Virus genome (UHGV): UHGV-0197534
Source of the DNA: a virus
Strand: one strand, 5' to 3'
DNA: 35,469 nucleotides
Each line of letters opens with the position of its first letter. Position 1 is the first letter of the stretch. The translations under genes and the position numbers were made by a program. Shown piece after piece: positions 34,237-35,469 of the stretch. Below the pieces are notes generated by a model that saw only the letters and a list, made by a program, of their open reading frames with translations, was not told where the DNA came from and made no database searches.

Positions 34237-34396
34237 CCTTTGCTTTTTTTCCTCGTTTTACTACATCATCGCCATGTTCAAACATGAAAAGCAGTAGTAC
34301 AGTAATCAATCCGGCTCTGTAATCAATGAGAGTCATCGCAATAATGGAAAGATTTGTTACTAGGTTAAACATTGTCATCTTTTTAATCGGAAACAC
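34211..34396 (-). CDS. Small membrane protein
   Basis: 61 aa with one TM helix (LVTNLSIIAMTLI ... ITVLLLFMF). Confidence 0.35.
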   Translation of the reverse strand: MFPIKKMTMFNLVTNLSIIAMTLIDYRAGLITVLLLFMFEHGDDVVKRGKKAKDVGHENSA

Positions 34397-34408
34397 TTTC
34401 TCACCTCC

Positions 34409-34657
34409 TTATGCTGTTTTTTGAACTCCTTTGTTCTTTCTTGCTACATACTCATAAAGAGCAATTGAACTGAATCGCCAATCAGTACCGATCTTCACAC
34501 CAGGAATAGAACCTTCTTTTGCATATTTCCTAACAGTGTCAGGGTGAACTTTAAGAAACGCTGCAGCTTGAGGCATTTCCCACACCTCATTTTTGATTTC
34601 GTTTTCCGCTAACAAAATCTGTAAATCTTCTAAACTAGCTTGTACAATTTGTTGCAT
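34409..34657 (-). CDS. Excisionase-like / MerR-type HTH DNA-binding protein
   Basis: 82 aa; AAFLKVHPDTVRKYAKEGSIPGVKIGTDWRF is typical of the excisionase (Xis) HTH_17 family. First genes of the early leftward operon. Confidence 0.55.
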   Translation of the reverse strand: MQQIVQASLEDLQILLAENEIKNEVWEMPQAAAFLKVHPDTVRKYAKEGSIPGVKIGTDWRFSSIALYEYVARKNKGVQKTA

Positions 34658-34693
34658 CCCAATTTCCTCGCTTTCACTTACGAAATAAAATAA

Positions 34694-34891
34694 TTAACTT
34701 ACTTTTTCATCTTCTAGTAGTTCTTCTACTGTAGTACCTAGGTATTTTGCTACTTTCGCCAACTTATCAGCAGAAGGCACAGAATCATTCCATTTTGAGA
34801 TTGAGCCATTACTCAATTCAAGATCAGTCTCTAATCTATTCACTGATATTCCCTTCATTTGCAAAATGTATTTAATACGTGTGTAAATCAA
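34694..34891 (-). CDS. Cro-like XRE-family HTH regulator
   Basis: TTG start 7 nt after GGAGGTG. HTH MKGISVNRLETDLELSNGSISKW closely paralogous to the cI HTH. Confidence 0.65.
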   Translation of the reverse strand: MIYTRIKYILQMKGISVNRLETDLELSNGSISKWNDSVPSADKLAKVAKYLGTTVEELLEDEKVS

Positions 34892-35123
34892 TATACTCAC
34901 CTCCGAAAATAATCTGATTTATTTTTTCTAATCTATTGACTAACCTCCGAATATTTTCTATAATGAGCATTAAGAAATAAGCCTATCAAGGCCGCAATTT
35001 TTTATAGAAAATACACTGAGGTTAGAACTGTACTTTTGCCTGCCAGCTTTGTACACTCGTATAATACCACAGTATATTTTCTGATGTCAACAACTTTTTA
35101 AGTTATATTTTCGGAGGTGTATT
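34892..35123. promoter_or_regulatory. cI/cro divergent promoter-operator region
   Basis: Plus-strand TTGACT(34938..34943)-17nt-TATAAT(34961..34966). Second plus TATAAT at 35061..35066, overlapping a minus-strand TTGACA-17-TGgTATTAT promoter. Inverted 12-bp TATTTTCTATAA (34953..34964) / TTATAGAAAATA (35004..35015). Confidence 0.55.
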
Positions 35124-35459
35124 ATGGGACTATACGAGCGCATTAAAGAAGCTGCAAGTAAAAAGAACATCAGCATCGCTCGTCTAGAGAGAGAAACAGG
35201 TATGTCAAATGGGTCAGTAAGCAAATGGAGTAGAAATGCTCCCTCGGCTGACAAAGTTTCAGTTGTAGCTAAGTATTTAAATGTATCTACCGATTTCTTA
35301 TTAGGTAATACTGAGAATCCTAGCACATTTGATTCAAAAAAAATGCCTGATGATCTTGATCAAATTCTAGACAATGCTAAAAGTTTCGATGGAAAACCAA
35401 TGACTGAAAATGATCGAGAAGCAATAAGAGCTTATCTAGAGGGTAGATTTAGTAAGTAG
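35124..35459 (+). CDS. cI-like XRE-family repressor (HTH only, no S24 peptidase domain; ImmR-like)
   Basis: 111 aa; HTH ISIARLERETGMSNGSVSKWSRN; GGAGGTG RBS. Followed across the window junction by the ImmA-like gene. Confidence 0.7.
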   Translation: MGLYERIKEAASKKNISIARLERETGMSNGSVSKWSRNAPSADKVSVVAKYLNVSTDFLLGNTENPSTFDSKKMPDDLDQILDNAKSFDGKPMTENDREAIRAYLEGRFSK

Positions 35460-35469
35460 GAGCGATTTC

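Larger units (their letters stand above)
1..35469. mobile_element. Complete temperate siphovirus genome (circular map linearised within the lysogeny module)
   Basis: Full set of phage modules present: integrase + attP-like region, cI/cro, replication, packaging, head, tail, lysis. The cI gene at the right end reads into ImmA and int at the left end. An AGGAG RBS for the ORF at position 4 lies in the last 13 bases of the window. Confidence 0.8.

Noticed and set aside
34981-34990. CTTGATA (pC194-type RCR nick-site heptamer) on the minus strand of the cI/cro intergenic region
   Set aside because: A 7-mer is expected by chance several times in 35 kb. It lies far from the rep gene, so it is not taken as the double-strand origin.
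35087-35326. Minus-strand 79-aa ORF 35087..35326
   Set aside because: It is antisense to the cI-like repressor gene, which has a clear HTH, RBS and promoter context.
1-35469. Two separate mobile elements (an integrase island at the left, a prophage at the right)
   Set aside because: The left-end genes (ImmA, int, attP) and the right-end genes (cI, cro, xis) are complementary halves of a single lysogeny module once the ends are joined, and each phage module occurs only once. A single circular genome is the simpler explanation.

Overview
The window reads as one complete temperate siphovirus genome (prophage or phage-like element) of about 35.5 kb from a low-GC Firmicutes host, written as a linear cut through a circular or circularly permuted map.

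The lysogeny module is split across the two window ends:
- At the right end, a cro-like XRE gene (34694..34891, -) and a cI-like XRE repressor (35124..35459, +) are divergent.
- At the left end lie an ImmA-like HEXXH peptidase (4..342), a DUF4352-like membrane protein, a tyrosine integrase (1131..2354), and an attP-like region carrying a tRNA 3'-end-like fragment and arm-type repeats (about 2355..2740).
- An AGGAG Shine-Dalgarno for the ImmA start at position 4 sits on the last bases of the window, which supports end-to-end continuity.

The remaining genes are mostly on the minus strand and run right to left:
- an excisionase-like gene
- a replication module with an HUH rolling-circle Rep-like protein and a RecU-like resolvase
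- a cytosine-5 DNA methyltransferase
- a short plus-strand island under a palindrome-controlled promoter
- a string of small genes
- an ArpU/RinA-like late activator
- a phage-borne tRNA-Met (anticodon CAT)
- an HNH endonuclease
- an oddly ordered packaging and head block: portal, MuF-like protein with a C-terminal extension, two small ORFs, terminase large subunit, scaffold and major capsid protein
- head-tail connectors
- major tail protein
- the G/GT tail chaperone pair with an A AAA AAA -1 frameshift site
- tape measure, Dit, and a Tal carrying Gly-rich and HxH-repeat regions
- a large tail fibre with a glycerophosphodiester phosphodiesterase domain
- holin
- a signal-peptide GH25 + LysM endolysin

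Between the lysis end and the attP-like region there is a plus-strand moron operon with an operator-like palindrome at its promoter and a coiled-coil lipoprotein. No CRISPR array or rRNA was seen.

The most unusual points are:
- the non-canonical packaging gene order, with no recognisable small terminase subunit
- GC-rich dyad repeats between the HNH and portal genes
- a MuF C-terminal extension followed by a small acidic ORF, as in MuF polymorphic toxins with an immunity partner
- a small protein with an ExE-LLP-GT ADP-ribosyltransferase-like motif inside an operator-controlled island
- HxH metal-ladder-like repeats in the Tal protein
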